Numbered from the stretch's first letter, positions 38,425 to 48,358 are shown. The stretch: DNA of 64,000 bases from an uncultured Bacteroidota bacterium (GCA_963700635.1 CAVOYH010000003.1:800001-864000); one strand, 5' to 3'. Program-made: numbers and translations. Notes: a model not told the origin generated them from the sequence alone.

Positions 38425-39009
38425 ATGGCAAAGAAGGTCTCCAAAACGGTTCGGACAAAGGCCACTACGCGGAAGAAGACAGTCAAGAAGGCTAAAACCG
38501 TTAGTCCCAAAAAGACTGTGACCCGCCCGACGCGGCAGACGTCCAAAAAAGCTGCAGAACAAAAGCACGTATCGCGGGCGCCGCTTGGCCCGACATCATA
38601 TTCCGTCGATGAGTTAAAACGTTTCAAAGAACTCATTCTTCTCAAGCGCCAGGAGACTCTCGAAGAGCTGGATAATCTGAAAGAGAGCATCATGGACGTG
38701 ACAACCGGCGAATATGTCAGCGAAAGCTCGACGTACTCTCTGCATATGGAGCAGGGCACGGATGCAATGGAGAGGGAAAAGACGTTTCTCTTTGCCTCGC
38801 GCGGAAGTAAATTCGTCGGACAACTCGACAATGCCCTGCAGCGTATAGAGAACAAGACGTACGGCGTCTGCAAAGTCTGCAACCTTCTCGTCCCCAGAGA
38901 ACGTCTGGAGGCGGTTCCGACGGCGCAAACCTGCGCAGAGTTCAAGAACAGCGGTGTTCCGTGTGAACGGGGACGCCGGGCTATTGCCCGCCAGAAAACG
39001 AGTAAATAG
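38425..39009 (+). CDS. TraR/DksA-family protein with a basic, histone-like N-terminal tail
   Basis: Coiled coil, ALQRIENKTYGVCKVC, ERLEAVPTA; located between ileS and lspA. Confidence 0.85.
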   Translation: MAKKVSKTVRTKATTRKKTVKKAKTVSPKKTVTRPTRQTSKKAAEQKHVSRAPLGPTSYSVDELKRFKELILLKRQETLEELDNLKESIMDVTTGEYVSESSTYSLHMEQGTDAMEREKTFLFASRGSKFVGQLDNALQRIENKTYGVCKVCNLLVPRERLEAVPTAQTCAEFKNSGVPCERGRRAIARQKTSK

Positions 39010-39011
39010 CC

Positions 39012-39584
39012 GTGAGGGTTCTGATTCTCTCCGGGGTTATAGTGTTCGTCGACCAGGTGACGAAGCTGCTGGTAAAGGGGATTCATGTTCCCGCACTGGG
39101 CATCACATGGGAAGGGATGCCATACGGGATCAGCCGGCCGGTGCTGGGGGATTTCTTCCGGCTGACCTTTATTGAAAATCCCGGAATGGCGTTCGGTATC
39201 GACGTCGGTGCCAAATTCTACTTCTCTCTCTTCTCGGTTGTGGCAAGTCTCGCCCTGATCATCTATCTGTACACGGTCCGTCACGGACCAAAGGGTTTTC
39301 GTCTGGCTCTCGCCATGGTCCTCGGGGGTGCCGTGGGAAACCTGATCGACCGCGTGTTCTACGGGATACTCTTCGACTATGCGCCGCTGTTTCACGGACG
39401 GGTCGTGGATTTTTTTGACGTCGACTTTTTTGACATTACCATCTTCGGCTATCATATGTCGCGTTGGGCGGTGTTTAATGTCGCGGATGCATGTGTGACC
39501 ATCGGCGTTGTGCTTCTGCTGTTTTTTCATCGGTCATCGGCAACGACTGAGGGAGCGCACCCGGTGATAGAGGAGCGGACCTGA
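39012..39584 (+). CDS. lspA: Lipoprotein signal peptidase II
   Basis: DQVTK, ENPGMAFG, GGAVGNLIDR, VVDF, VFNVAD. Confidence 0.95.
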   Translation: MRVLILSGVIVFVDQVTKLLVKGIHVPALGITWEGMPYGISRPVLGDFFRLTFIENPGMAFGIDVGAKFYFSLFSVVASLALIIYLYTVRHGPKGFRLALAMVLGGAVGNLIDRVFYGILFDYAPLFHGRVVDFFDVDFFDITIFGYHMSRWAVFNVADACVTIGVVLLLFFHRSSATTEGAHPVIEERT

Positions 39585-39602
39585 CACAGCCCGGTATCTT
39601 CC

Positions 39603-40574
39603 ATGCCCCAGGAATTTGATATCGTTGTTCCTGCCGGAAAGAAGAAAGAACGGCTGGACCTTTTTCTCACACACCACGTTGAGAACGCCACACGCACCAA
39701 GGTCCAGGCCGCCATCCGTGCCGGATACGTTCTGGTTGACGGAAACACCGCCCGGTCCAGCCATCCCGTGTCCCCCGGGGAAGTGATCCACATCACACTT
39801 CCTAAATCCCCCCCTCCCGATGTTATCGCGGAGCCGATCCCCCTGGACATTGTGTACGAAGACGAATATCTCCTTGTGGTCAACAAACCTGCAGGCATGG
39901 TCACCCACCCTGCATACGGCAATTACACGGGGACTCTGGTGAATGCGCTGCTCCACCACTGTAATTCTCTCTCCGCAGTGACCGATGGCACGCGGCCCGG
40001 GATTGTGCATCGACTTGACAAAGATACAACCGGGTTGCTGGTTGTTGCCAAGACCGATGCGGCGCATGCACACCTTGCACGCCAGTTCGCGCGCCGCACG
40101 ATCCAGCGCGAATACCAGGCGATCGTCTGGGGAGCGCTGCCAGGTTCCACCGGTACCATCGAGGCCAGCCTCGGGCGAAGCAAGTCAGACCGGAAAAAAA
40201 TGGCGGTGGTTCCGGACGGAAAGCATGCCATCACCGATTATCACGTGCTGGAACGGTTTCCGTATCTTTCCCTTGTGCGGCTCCGGCTGCACACCGGCCG
40301 TACGCATCAGATCCGGGTCCATCTGGCCCACATCCATCATCCGGTGTTCGGTGATCCAACGTATAACGGGAAACGTATACAGTACGGTCCCGGGACTGCC
40401 CGTCAGAAAGCAGAGGTGCAATCCATGCTTGACATCCTGAAGCGTCAGGCATTACACGCACGGACTATCGGCTTCCGCCACCCGGCGACCGGAGCCGAGA
40501 CCTGGTGTGAGTCCGCGCTGCCGGAGGATATGACCCGTGTTCTGACACTCATCCGGGAGCGAAGCCCGGTCTGA
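39603..40574 (+). CDS. rluD: RluA/RluD family 23S rRNA pseudouridine synthase
   Basis: S4 domain, VVNKPAG, HRLDKDTTG, TGRTHQIRVH, RQALHA. Confidence 0.93.
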   Translation: MPQEFDIVVPAGKKKERLDLFLTHHVENATRTKVQAAIRAGYVLVDGNTARSSHPVSPGEVIHITLPKSPPPDVIAEPIPLDIVYEDEYLLVVNKPAGMVTHPAYGNYTGTLVNALLHHCNSLSAVTDGTRPGIVHRLDKDTTGLLVVAKTDAAHAHLARQFARRTIQREYQAIVWGALPGSTGTIEASLGRSKSDRKKMAVVPDGKHAITDYHVLERFPYLSLVRLRLHTGRTHQIRVHLAHIHHPVFGDPTYNGKRIQYGPGTARQKAEVQSMLDILKRQALHARTIGFRHPATGAETWCESALPEDMTRVLTLIRERSPV

Positions 40575-40636
40575 ATCGTGTGGCCCGGGCCTACCCTCCC
40601 CAACCCAGTGGTATGGGGACTCATGTCTGGCCCGGC

Positions 40637-40669
40637 TTGTCAGTGTGTAGGTGAAGTTGTATATTACAA
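40637..40669 (+). promoter_or_regulatory. Sigma70-type promoter with an overlapping palindrome (candidate operator)
   Basis: TTGTCA(40637-40642), 17 nt, TATATT(40660-40665); TTGTA-TAT-TACAA at 40657-40669. Confidence 0.5.
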
Positions 40670-40701
40670 TCACACATATCCACCATTTTTCAGGAGGAAA
40701 A

Positions 40702-41619
40702 ATGAACTCTTTGCGTACACGCCTGGTGCAACTCATGTGTCCGGTAGTGGGGGTGCTCCTCCTGCTCGCCGCCGAAGCTCCCGCTCAAACGGAGCTGGAA
40801 AAAGCAATCCAGCAGTACAATAGTTCCGCCGTGAGTGGTTACATCCAACCCATTGCTGATCTGTTCGGAGCCAACATGCATGCCGGCTATTATCATTCGG
40901 CATACATACCGCACTCAGGGTTCTCTATCGGTATTGATATTATCGCGATGGGGGCAATCGTCCAGGACGAACAGAAATCGTACGAGGCCGTTGCGCCTGC
41001 GGGGTTCTCGCCGGGCACATTCAAGACCGCCACGGTGTTCGGCGGAAAAGGCACAACGGTTAATCACGCGACGGTGACGGGGTTGGAGTACAAGGGATCT
41101 GACGGGATCATCAACACCTCGATTTTTCCGATGGCTGTTCCCCAGTTACGGATCGGCTCCATTTATGGAACCGAAGCAGTTGTCCGGTTTATTGCCCTGC
41201 CGGCCATCGGGGACAACGGATTCCCGGTGATCACGCTGTGGGGTGTCGGCGCACGGCACAGCATCAGTCAGTACTTAGCCGAGAGTCCGGTGGATATTGC
41301 AGCAAGCGTGTTCTACTCCAACTTCCATGTGGGCGATCTGATTTCGGCCAATGGCCTGTCTCTGGGCCTGCAGGCGAGCAAGAGTATCAAGATCCTCATG
41401 CTCTACGGTGGGATGTCCTGGGAGAAAAGTTCGCTGGATTTGTCGTACAAGTCCACCGATCCGAACACCCCGGCCCCGGTTGACATATCCCTGACCGGTG
41501 CCAACAAGTTTCGCTTTACGGTCGGCGTTGGTGTTTCCCTCGGCATTCTGAAAGTGTTCGCCGATGCCAACTTCGGATCCATAACCAACTATTCCGGCGG
41601 TATCGGTTTCGGCCGCTAA
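40702..41619 (+). CDS. DUF6588-like outer membrane protein
   Basis: AGGAGG SD, signal peptide, YIQP..FGA, PQLRIG..GTE..VRF, LWGVGARHSISQY, beta-strand C-terminus GIGF. Confidence 0.7.
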   Translation: MNSLRTRLVQLMCPVVGVLLLLAAEAPAQTELEKAIQQYNSSAVSGYIQPIADLFGANMHAGYYHSAYIPHSGFSIGIDIIAMGAIVQDEQKSYEAVAPAGFSPGTFKTATVFGGKGTTVNHATVTGLEYKGSDGIINTSIFPMAVPQLRIGSIYGTEAVVRFIALPAIGDNGFPVITLWGVGARHSISQYLAESPVDIAASVFYSNFHVGDLISANGLSLGLQASKSIKILMLYGGMSWEKSSLDLSYKSTDPNTPAPVDISLTGANKFRFTVGVGVSLGILKVFADANFGSITNYSGGIGFGR

Positions 41620-41665
41620 GCCAGATGTACCTAGGGCAAGAGAACGAATAATCTGGAGACCATAC

Positions 41666-42217
41666 ATGAAAACGAAATTGTTGCTCCTGCTCCTCGTCGG
41701 GCTTCTGGCAACCACCGGTTCCACGTGCATTAATGACGGCTTTCTCGTTGCGGTAAACCTGCCCATCAAGGCATGTTTTAAGATCAACGCAGGGCCAAAT
41801 CTGGTGTTCTCGGGAGCACAGGCCGTCAAACTGGCGGATCTGATCGACGCGTCGTATCTTGACAACATCAAAAATGCCCGGTTCTATGACGTCCGCGTCA
41901 GCACGACGGGCTCCTATAACGGGACCGTGTATCTGGTGGGGAACATCGACGGGACAAAGCTCATCGAGTCGAAGACTCAACCCTGGCCCTGGAGCGATTT
42001 TCTCACACCACAATCGCTGCTCGGTGGATCCACAAAGATCACGGTGAATCAGCCCGGACTTGCGCAGCTTGTCAGCCGGCTCAATGAGTTTAAGACCAAT
42101 CCTGACGTGACCGTGATACTGTCGGCCAACGGAACGTTGAGCGGACAGTCGCCTGTTCCTGATGGTCTCGAGGTGTGCCTCGAGATTCTCGCGCAGGTTG
42201 ATGCTGAAGTAAAATAG
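41666..42217 (+). CDS. Hypothetical exported protein, possibly a lipoprotein
   Basis: GGAG SD; MKTK, hydrophobic core, then Cys (GSTC, a non-canonical lipobox); beta-rich. Confidence 0.7.
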   Translation: MKTKLLLLLLVGLLATTGSTCINDGFLVAVNLPIKACFKINAGPNLVFSGAQAVKLADLIDASYLDNIKNARFYDVRVSTTGSYNGTVYLVGNIDGTKLIESKTQPWPWSDFLTPQSLLGGSTKITVNQPGLAQLVSRLNEFKTNPDVTVILSANGTLSGQSPVPDGLEVCLEILAQVDAEVK

Positions 42218-42237
42218 TCCCGACACTGCAACCACGA

Positions 42238-43500
42238 GTGGCCATACAACGGGATCGTTCAGCATCTCAGGAAGGATCCAAAAATATTCTGGGAATGGGA
42301 CGTGATGAACTCCGGAAGTTTGTCACAGACCTGGGTGAGCGGCCCTATCGCGGTGACCAGTTGTTTCAGTGGTTGTATTCCAGGGGGGCGGCCACGTTCG
42401 GTGAAATGACCGATCTTGCACAGGCATTCCGGCATCAGCTGGATGCCTGTGCGCATATCGGAGGTGTGCGCCAGGTCAGCCACCAGCTTTCTCCGGCCGA
42501 CGGGACGACGAAGTTTCTTTTTACGCTTGCCGATGGTCTGAAGATCGAAAGTGTGCTGATACTTCCGGCTTCTGCATTTGAAGCAGAAATGCCCGGGGAG
42601 CCCGAGACCCGTACGCCGCGCGAACGTCTTACGCTCTGCGTCTCTACACAGGTTGGATGTCCGCTGGATTGTGTATTCTGCGCCACCGGCACCATGGGGT
42701 ACCTCCGTAATCTCACCGCAGGTGAAATTGTGGATCAGGTGCTCGCGGTCAACCGTCTGACCGGGCGCACCGTGACTAATGTTGTGTTCATGGGCATGGG
42801 TGAACCCATGCTGAACTACGGCCCGGTTATGCGTGCGGGGGAAATCTTTATGGAAGGGCTGGACATCGCTGCACGAAGGATCACCGTCTCCACAGCCGGA
42901 TGGGTTGATGGAATTGTCCGGATGGCGGATGAACGGCGGCGTATACGACTCGCCGTGTCGCTCCACAGTGCCGAAGAGGAAACACGGCAGGCACTGATGC
43001 CCGTAACGCGGCGTTTTCCATTAACGTCGCTGCAGAATGCACTCCGCCATTATTATGCACGTACAACGATGCGTGTGACGTATGAAATGGTGTTCTTTGA
43101 CGGTGTTAACGATACGGCGAGGGAACTCAGGCGGTTAAAAACATTCGCGCGTATCGTGCCCTGTAAAATTAACATTATTCCGTATCATTCAATCGCTTTT
43201 ACGGGGCCGGAGGGATTTGCAGCATCATTACGTCCATCGCCCCGGCTGCCGGATATTGTCGCAGAACTCAAGCGCGCGAAACTGACAGTGATGGTGCGAA
43301 GCAGTGCCGGGGAGGACATTGCAGCCGCGTGCGGTCAGCTGGCCGTTCAAGAGCCAGGAGCAAAACGAGCCCGCGGCGGGACACACAGTATTGACAGGAT
43401 CCAGTCCTTACAAAACAACGACCCCACAGGTACAAATGCGAATTCTCATCTTCGGTCCGCCGGGAGTAGGGAAGGGAACACAGGCAAAGTTACTCGCTGA
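42238..43500 (+). CDS. rlmN: 23S rRNA/tRNA methyltransferase RlmN (radical SAM)
   Basis: CVSTQVGCPLDCVFC, MGMGEP, AVSLH, AACGQL. Confidence 0.96.
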   Translation: MAIQRDRSASQEGSKNILGMGRDELRKFVTDLGERPYRGDQLFQWLYSRGAATFGEMTDLAQAFRHQLDACAHIGGVRQVSHQLSPADGTTKFLFTLADGLKIESVLILPASAFEAEMPGEPETRTPRERLTLCVSTQVGCPLDCVFCATGTMGYLRNLTAGEIVDQVLAVNRLTGRTVTNVVFMGMGEPMLNYGPVMRAGEIFMEGLDIAARRITVSTAGWVDGIVRMADERRRIRLAVSLHSAEEETRQALMPVTRRFPLTSLQNALRHYYARTTMRVTYEMVFFDGVNDTARELRRLKTFARIVPCKINIIPYHSIAFTGPEGFAASLRPSPRLPDIVAELKRAKLTVMVRSSAGEDIAAACGQLAVQEPGAKRARGGTHSIDRIQSLQNNDPTGTNANSHLRSAGSREGNTGKVTR

Positions 43501-44092
43501 AGAGTTTGGCATCCCTCACTACTCAACGGGGGAAATGTTGCGCAGCGCAGTGACGGCACAGACTCCTCTGGGGCTCGCGGCGATAGAGTTTATCGATGCC
43601 GGCCAACTTGTCCCGGACCAGGTCATGATCGGCATCGTCCGCGAAACACTGGAAAATCCGGCAATTCACAAGGGCTTCATCCTGGATGGCTTTCCACGCA
43701 CGGTGCCGCAGGCCAAAGCCCTTACGGAGATCTTCAAGAAGATCGGCATTACGGCGTTCACCGTCATCAATCTGGTGGTCGACGATGAGGAAATTGTCCG
43801 TCGTCTGGGGAGCCGGCTTCTCTGCCCCAGCGAAGAGAAAACATTCAGCAGTGATCTTGACGATGTGCGTGTGTCCGCCCCATGTCCCTCGTGCGGCAAA
43901 CCCCTCATCCAGCGTGAGGATGATCGTCCGGCAACGGTACGCGAACGGTTGAAGGTGTATCATGCAAAGACCGAGCCCGTGCTAACATTTTATGAACAAC
44001 TTGGCGTTGTGGTAACGGTCGATGGCGCGGCATCGATTGACGTCGTGTATCGGGAAGTAAAGGCACTCCTGGGATCCCCCTCCCGCCCATGA
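43436..44092 (+). CDS. adk: Adenylate kinase
   Basis: GPPGVGKGTQA, GQLVPD, ILDGFPRT, QREDD; ATG 43436. Confidence 0.96.
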   Translation: MRILIFGPPGVGKGTQAKLLAEEFGIPHYSTGEMLRSAVTAQTPLGLAAIEFIDAGQLVPDQVMIGIVRETLENPAIHKGFILDGFPRTVPQAKALTEIFKKIGITAFTVINLVVDDEEIVRRLGSRLLCPSEEKTFSSDLDDVRVSAPCPSCGKPLIQREDDRPATVRERLKVYHAKTEPVLTFYEQLGVVVTVDGAASIDVVYREVKALLGSPSRP

Positions 44093-44826
44093 TGCTTGTT
44101 GCTGCTCACCGGGGGAGTTCGGGCACCGCGCCTGAAAACACGATGGCTGCCTTCCGGGGTGCCATTGCTGCGCGGGCCGACATGATTGAACTTGACGTCC
44201 GGTTTACGCGCGATCTCCTACCCGTGGTGATACATGACCGGACGCTCCGCCGTACAACCAGCGGCCGGGGTGCCGTGTCTGAATGTATGTACAACACGAT
44301 CGAACACGTCGATGCGGGGAGCTGGTTCGCCCCACGCTTTGCGGGTGAACGTATCCCGACACTCCAGAAGGTCCTTGAGGTACTCCCGGCGACGATCGGG
44401 ATCAATATCGAGGTGAAGACGGACAGTGACAAGCGGTCCAGATCGCTCCTCGCCCGCCGGCTTCAGCAGACCATTCGTGCCCATGCAGGGCGCAGGGAGA
44501 TTCTGGTATCATCGTTCGATCACCGGTTTCTGCGCCTCCTCCGTCGTTATGATTCCGCCATGATGATCGGGATACTGCTTCATCCGGTGCGGGCCCTGGC
44601 CCGCCGGCCATCCCGCCTGGCACGACGGGTACAGGCGGCGTTTGTGTTCTGCAGCCGCTCGTTTCTCCGGCGTTCGATGGTTGATGACGCCCATGCACAC
44701 GGAATCAAGATAGGCGTCTACACGGTGAATCACGTTGAAGATCTCGACCGCCTCAGACGTTTCGGCGTTGACCTGGTGTTCACAAACTACCCGTCCGCCA
44801 TCCGCATGGCATTACGGGACGAATGA
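44089..44826 (+). CDS. Glycerophosphodiester phosphodiesterase
   Basis: AHRG, PENT, IELDV, VIHD, NIEVK, SSFD, YTVN. Confidence 0.93.
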   Translation: MMLVAAHRGSSGTAPENTMAAFRGAIAARADMIELDVRFTRDLLPVVIHDRTLRRTTSGRGAVSECMYNTIEHVDAGSWFAPRFAGERIPTLQKVLEVLPATIGINIEVKTDSDKRSRSLLARRLQQTIRAHAGRREILVSSFDHRFLRLLRRYDSAMMIGILLHPVRALARRPSRLARRVQAAFVFCSRSFLRRSMVDDAHAHGIKIGVYTVNHVEDLDRLRRFGVDLVFTNYPSAIRMALRDE

Positions 44827-44839
44827 AAAGGGATTAACC

Positions 44840-47455
44840 ATGAGCAGAGGATGGTGCGTGCCGGTCTCCGTTGCGACAGCGGTTCTTGCCTTCGGTCTTG
44901 CCGGATGCGGAGGTGGTGGCCGCGGAGATCCCGCGGCCCTCGATAGCGTGCTGATCCGGACGGAGACCCTGTTGACCGAAGGAAGGGATCTCGAGGCACG
45001 CTCTTACCTGCGCGGCACCTACCTCACCACTCCTGCTCTCTGGCGCGGACCATCGGTGCCGGAGGGTTTGCGCATGCTCGGGGAATTGTATCACTCCGCT
45101 GCACTGTTTGACAGCGCGTTCTACTTCTACGATCGATCCAGGGAGGAATATCGTAACCTGGCACAACGTTCCCGGGCGTATCAGATGACCTTTGCAATCG
45201 GATCGTTATTTCTGCAGATGAACCGTCCGCACGACGCCCGTGATCTGTATGAAGAGGCGCTCCGACTTGCAGTCGTGTTCGGGGACAGTACCGACGCACG
45301 CGACCTTCGTTGGGCTCTTCTGCCGGTGTATGCGGCAATAGAAGATTGGGAGGGGGAGAAAAAGGTGTCCGCCTTTCTTCTCAGCGCGGCACGCACGACA
45401 CATGACAGGCAAAATGAGGCGCGCGTACAGTACGAATCCGGACGTTCACTCGCGGCGCGCGGGAGGCCGGCAGAGGCAATTGATGCATTTCTGGGCGCTC
45501 TGACGCTTGCCGATCAGGCAAGGGACTCGCTGCTGGGTGCACAGGCGTTGGTGCACCTGGGTCTTGCTCTGGATGGTACCGGACGGAGTCGGGATGCGCT
45601 GGAAACGTTTGGCACAGCGATCCAACGTGTCACGGTACTGGCACGGAATCCGGATCTCCGTATTGAATTGTTCATGCGTATCGGGAATCTTTCTCTTCGC
45701 CAGAAAGAAAACGATCGCGCCCTGCAGAGTTTTCGCATAGCTCTGCCGCTCGCGCAGAAACGGCGTAATGCGCTTGCCGAAGCATATTGTACCATGCAAA
45801 TGGGCCACGCGACCATCCCGCGCAACCGCACGGACGCACTGTCACTTTTGCGCTCAGGGTACGATCAGTTCCGCGCGTTCGGCTATGGCCCGGGAGTAGC
45901 GTATGCACTGGTCAGCCTGGGCGAGATCGCGGAAGAAGAGAACCGCCTTACCGATGCGCTCCAACTGTACGACGCTGCGGCAAGGCAACAGTCAAGCCTG
46001 TTTGCCATCCGGTCATCGGATGATCTGTTTGAAGAATGTGAAACTTCGGCGCTCGGACCTGCGGGGAATGATGCATCCATAACGCTGGTATCTCTGCTTC
46101 TGCAACTTGGACAATATGAAGAGGCATTTGTAGTCCAGCAACGCAAAAACACAGCCGTGCTGTCCTCTGCATTCAGCATGTGGCGTTACCAATCAGGCAA
46201 CCCCGCAGTTGATGGCTTACTGACTGCGAGTGTTGACGCCCGGTCGGAACATTGCGGGGCGGAACGCGGGTTGGAACAGCTGATGTCATCACGTCCGGAC
46301 AATAAGGCCCTGCTCCGGGAGATCCATGCGGTGTTGCAGGCGAGCAAAGATCGTGTGGATGAATGTGCCGCAGAAATCCAGCACATCAGTCCCCGGCTTG
46401 CGCCCTTTGCAGGGGCGGGCGGCGTACGACCCGTGGATGTCCAGAACCAACTGGAGGAGGGGACCGCATTTCTCACATTCCTCCCGGGTCGGCGGTCGTG
46501 GTACACTTCGCTGATCACACGGGAGCAGGTGTCCTTTAAGGTGACGGCTCAGACGAGCGACCAGGTTCTACGCTCGGGACGGGACTATGTGCATGTGCTT
46601 CGGGAGCGTCTTATCGAGGCAGATTCGCTGGGTGCGGGGTATAGCCTGCTCGACAACCAGTTACGGGACCTTACGCGCAAACTCTACGAAGCACTCGTCC
46701 TGCCCGTGGAACTCTCCCTCCGCCCGGTCAAACGCTTGATTGTGCAGTTTCCAGCGGGCATGGCTGTACTTCCCGTACATGCGCTCCGCCGGAGCAGTTC
46801 TTCCGGGTACCCCTATCTCGTCGACCAGTGTGATGTACAGTACGTCGCCACCCCCCATGTACTGAGCAACAGTTCTGCATCAACCGGGGCGGTACAAAGT
46901 GTCACCTGTGTTGGTTTTCCGGGGTTCACGGGCTGGGATGTGGAATACGAGTTGCGTGATGTCCGGTATTTTTTCAAAGACGCGGGGATGCTGTTCGGCC
47001 GCGAGGCGACGATTGAGTCCTTGCGGAAAAACCGATCGGACGTCCTGCATATGGCTGTGGATATACAGTTCGGTCTGCGTGCCCCGCTTCTGGGCGCGTT
47101 GTACCTCTCCGATGGAGTTTCTTCGACGGGATACAGAAGAGTGCCACTCTCTTCGTTGGCGCAGTTGCCGGCGAACCGACTCGTTATTGTATCGAACTTG
47201 TCCTCGATGCCTTTAACCCTCGATCCCGGTCTCGCGTTCACCTTTGCGGCGAATGGCTCCGAGGGGATCGTCATGAACGTGGTGCCGCCTTTGCGCGGTG
47301 CGAAAAAAGCCTTCAGCGAATATCTCTACACCGCGCTGGCGACGGGAGCATCACCCGAGGTGGCATTCCGGAAGGCACAGCAGGAAATGATCAAGAAGCG
47401 GGAATTTTCGGCTCCGCAGTACTGGGCGCCGTTTCTGTACTGGAAAGGAAATTGA
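44840..47455 (+). CDS. TPR + CHAT-domain lipoprotein, catalytic residues apparently degenerate
   Basis: Lipobox LAGC; TPR array; CHAT hallmarks LYEALVLP, LPVHAL, YLVD, AFRKAQQEM, PQYWAPF. Confidence 0.8.
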   Translation: MSRGWCVPVSVATAVLAFGLAGCGGGGRGDPAALDSVLIRTETLLTEGRDLEARSYLRGTYLTTPALWRGPSVPEGLRMLGELYHSAALFDSAFYFYDRSREEYRNLAQRSRAYQMTFAIGSLFLQMNRPHDARDLYEEALRLAVVFGDSTDARDLRWALLPVYAAIEDWEGEKKVSAFLLSAARTTHDRQNEARVQYESGRSLAARGRPAEAIDAFLGALTLADQARDSLLGAQALVHLGLALDGTGRSRDALETFGTAIQRVTVLARNPDLRIELFMRIGNLSLRQKENDRALQSFRIALPLAQKRRNALAEAYCTMQMGHATIPRNRTDALSLLRSGYDQFRAFGYGPGVAYALVSLGEIAEEENRLTDALQLYDAAARQQSSLFAIRSSDDLFEECETSALGPAGNDASITLVSLLLQLGQYEEAFVVQQRKNTAVLSSAFSMWRYQSGNPAVDGLLTASVDARSEHCGAERGLEQLMSSRPDNKALLREIHAVLQASKDRVDECAAEIQHISPRLAPFAGAGGVRPVDVQNQLEEGTAFLTFLPGRRSWYTSLITREQVSFKVTAQTSDQVLRSGRDYVHVLRERLIEADSLGAGYSLLDNQLRDLTRKLYEALVLPVELSLRPVKRLIVQFPAGMAVLPVHALRRSSSSGYPYLVDQCDVQYVATPHVLSNSSASTGAVQSVTCVGFPGFTGWDVEYELRDVRYFFKDAGMLFGREATIESLRKNRSDVLHMAVDIQFGLRAPLLGALYLSDGVSSTGYRRVPLSSLAQLPANRLVIVSNLSSMPLTLDPGLAFTFAANGSEGIVMNVVPPLRGAKKAFSEYLYTALATGASPEVAFRKAQQEMIKKREFSAPQYWAPFLYWKGN

Positions 47456-47464
47456 GCCGGGTGA

Positions 47465-48358
47465 TCAGCGCCGGCGGATCTTAATGCTGCCAAGGCCTGA
47501 ATCGATGTTGATGTTCATCCGGCCTGAGGTGCGGTGATAATTGGAGGATATATATTCGTTCTCTCCCGCGCTCTGAAAGTCCTGGTCGCAGTCGAGTTTT
47601 GAGACCCAGCTCTTTTCGTAGATGACCCGCGCACCGATTTCTGCCGGGATGATGATCGTTACCAGGCCCAGTCCCACCTCGATGTCCACGTCGACTTCAT
47701 TACGCAACGTCCCGCCGAAATCCAGCGTGTACGATCCCATCCCTCCCTGAAAATGAAAACGGCGGAAGTTCGCGTTCGCCAGATTCCGTGCGTCAAACTT
47801 GCTCACCCCGGATTCGATGGACAGATTTTCAATCTGGCCGGGATTTGCCTCGTCGAATGCGAGCGACACATCGCTGGCGCCGGTCGAAAGAGTAAAATCC
47901 TTTACATTCAGACCGGTGAGATTAAAATCCCCGCGACCGACACCGAGTTGAACGTCGAATGAAATGGGCATGATGTCGGAGAACTTCAGGAACCATTTCC
48001 CCCTGTCGAAACTGTTGATCGTGAACGAATGACCCTTGCCGTCCTTTTCGATCTTCTCTTCACCCAGAGAGATATCCAGGAAACCTACCCGGTTACGGAT
48101 CGCATACTCAATATCCATCAGTCCCGCTGAGAGTTTTTCCGAGGCACTCTCGACATGCAGAACCTTTCCTGATTCACCCTTCCGGACAATAACTGTTCCA
48201 AACGCTGAAGAAAGTGTAACTTTGAGCTCCTTCTCGGTCGTGCGGCCGATTTCCCGTGTCTGCCCGGTGTCCTGGGGGTCAGACCTGCTGAACGCTCCGG
48301 GCGGGAAGAGCAACGGCACAAGTGCCAGCGATATGGTCGCAAAGAATCGGTTCATCAT
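47465..48358 (-). CDS. Exported beta-repeat protein (LiaF/LiaG, DUF2154/DUF4097-like)
   Basis: Signal peptide; repeated xxGxGxxxL units (QLGVGRGDFNL, QGGMGSYTLD, EVGLGLVTI, DSGLGSIKI). Confidence 0.65.
   Translation of the reverse strand: MMNRFFATISLALVPLLFPPGAFSRSDPQDTGQTREIGRTTEKELKVTLSSAFGTVIVRKGESGKVLHVESASEKLSAGLMDIEYAIRNRVGFLDISLGEEKIEKDGKGHSFTINSFDRGKWFLKFSDIMPISFDVQLGVGRGDFNLTGLNVKDFTLSTGASDVSLAFDEANPGQIENLSIESGVSKFDARNLANANFRRFHFQGGMGSYTLDFGGTLRNEVDVDIEVGLGLVTIIIPAEIGARVIYEKSWVSKLDCDQDFQSAGENEYISSNYHRTSGRMNINIDSGLGSIKIRRR

Noticed and set aside
34883-39530. Long minus-strand ORFs (440, 378 and 375 aa)
   Set aside because: Antisense to punA/ileS/dksA-like/lspA, which are clearly the real genes
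43820-43900. Adk LID with C-x2-E...C-x2-C instead of four Cys
   Set aside because: LID zinc ligands vary commonly among adenylate kinases
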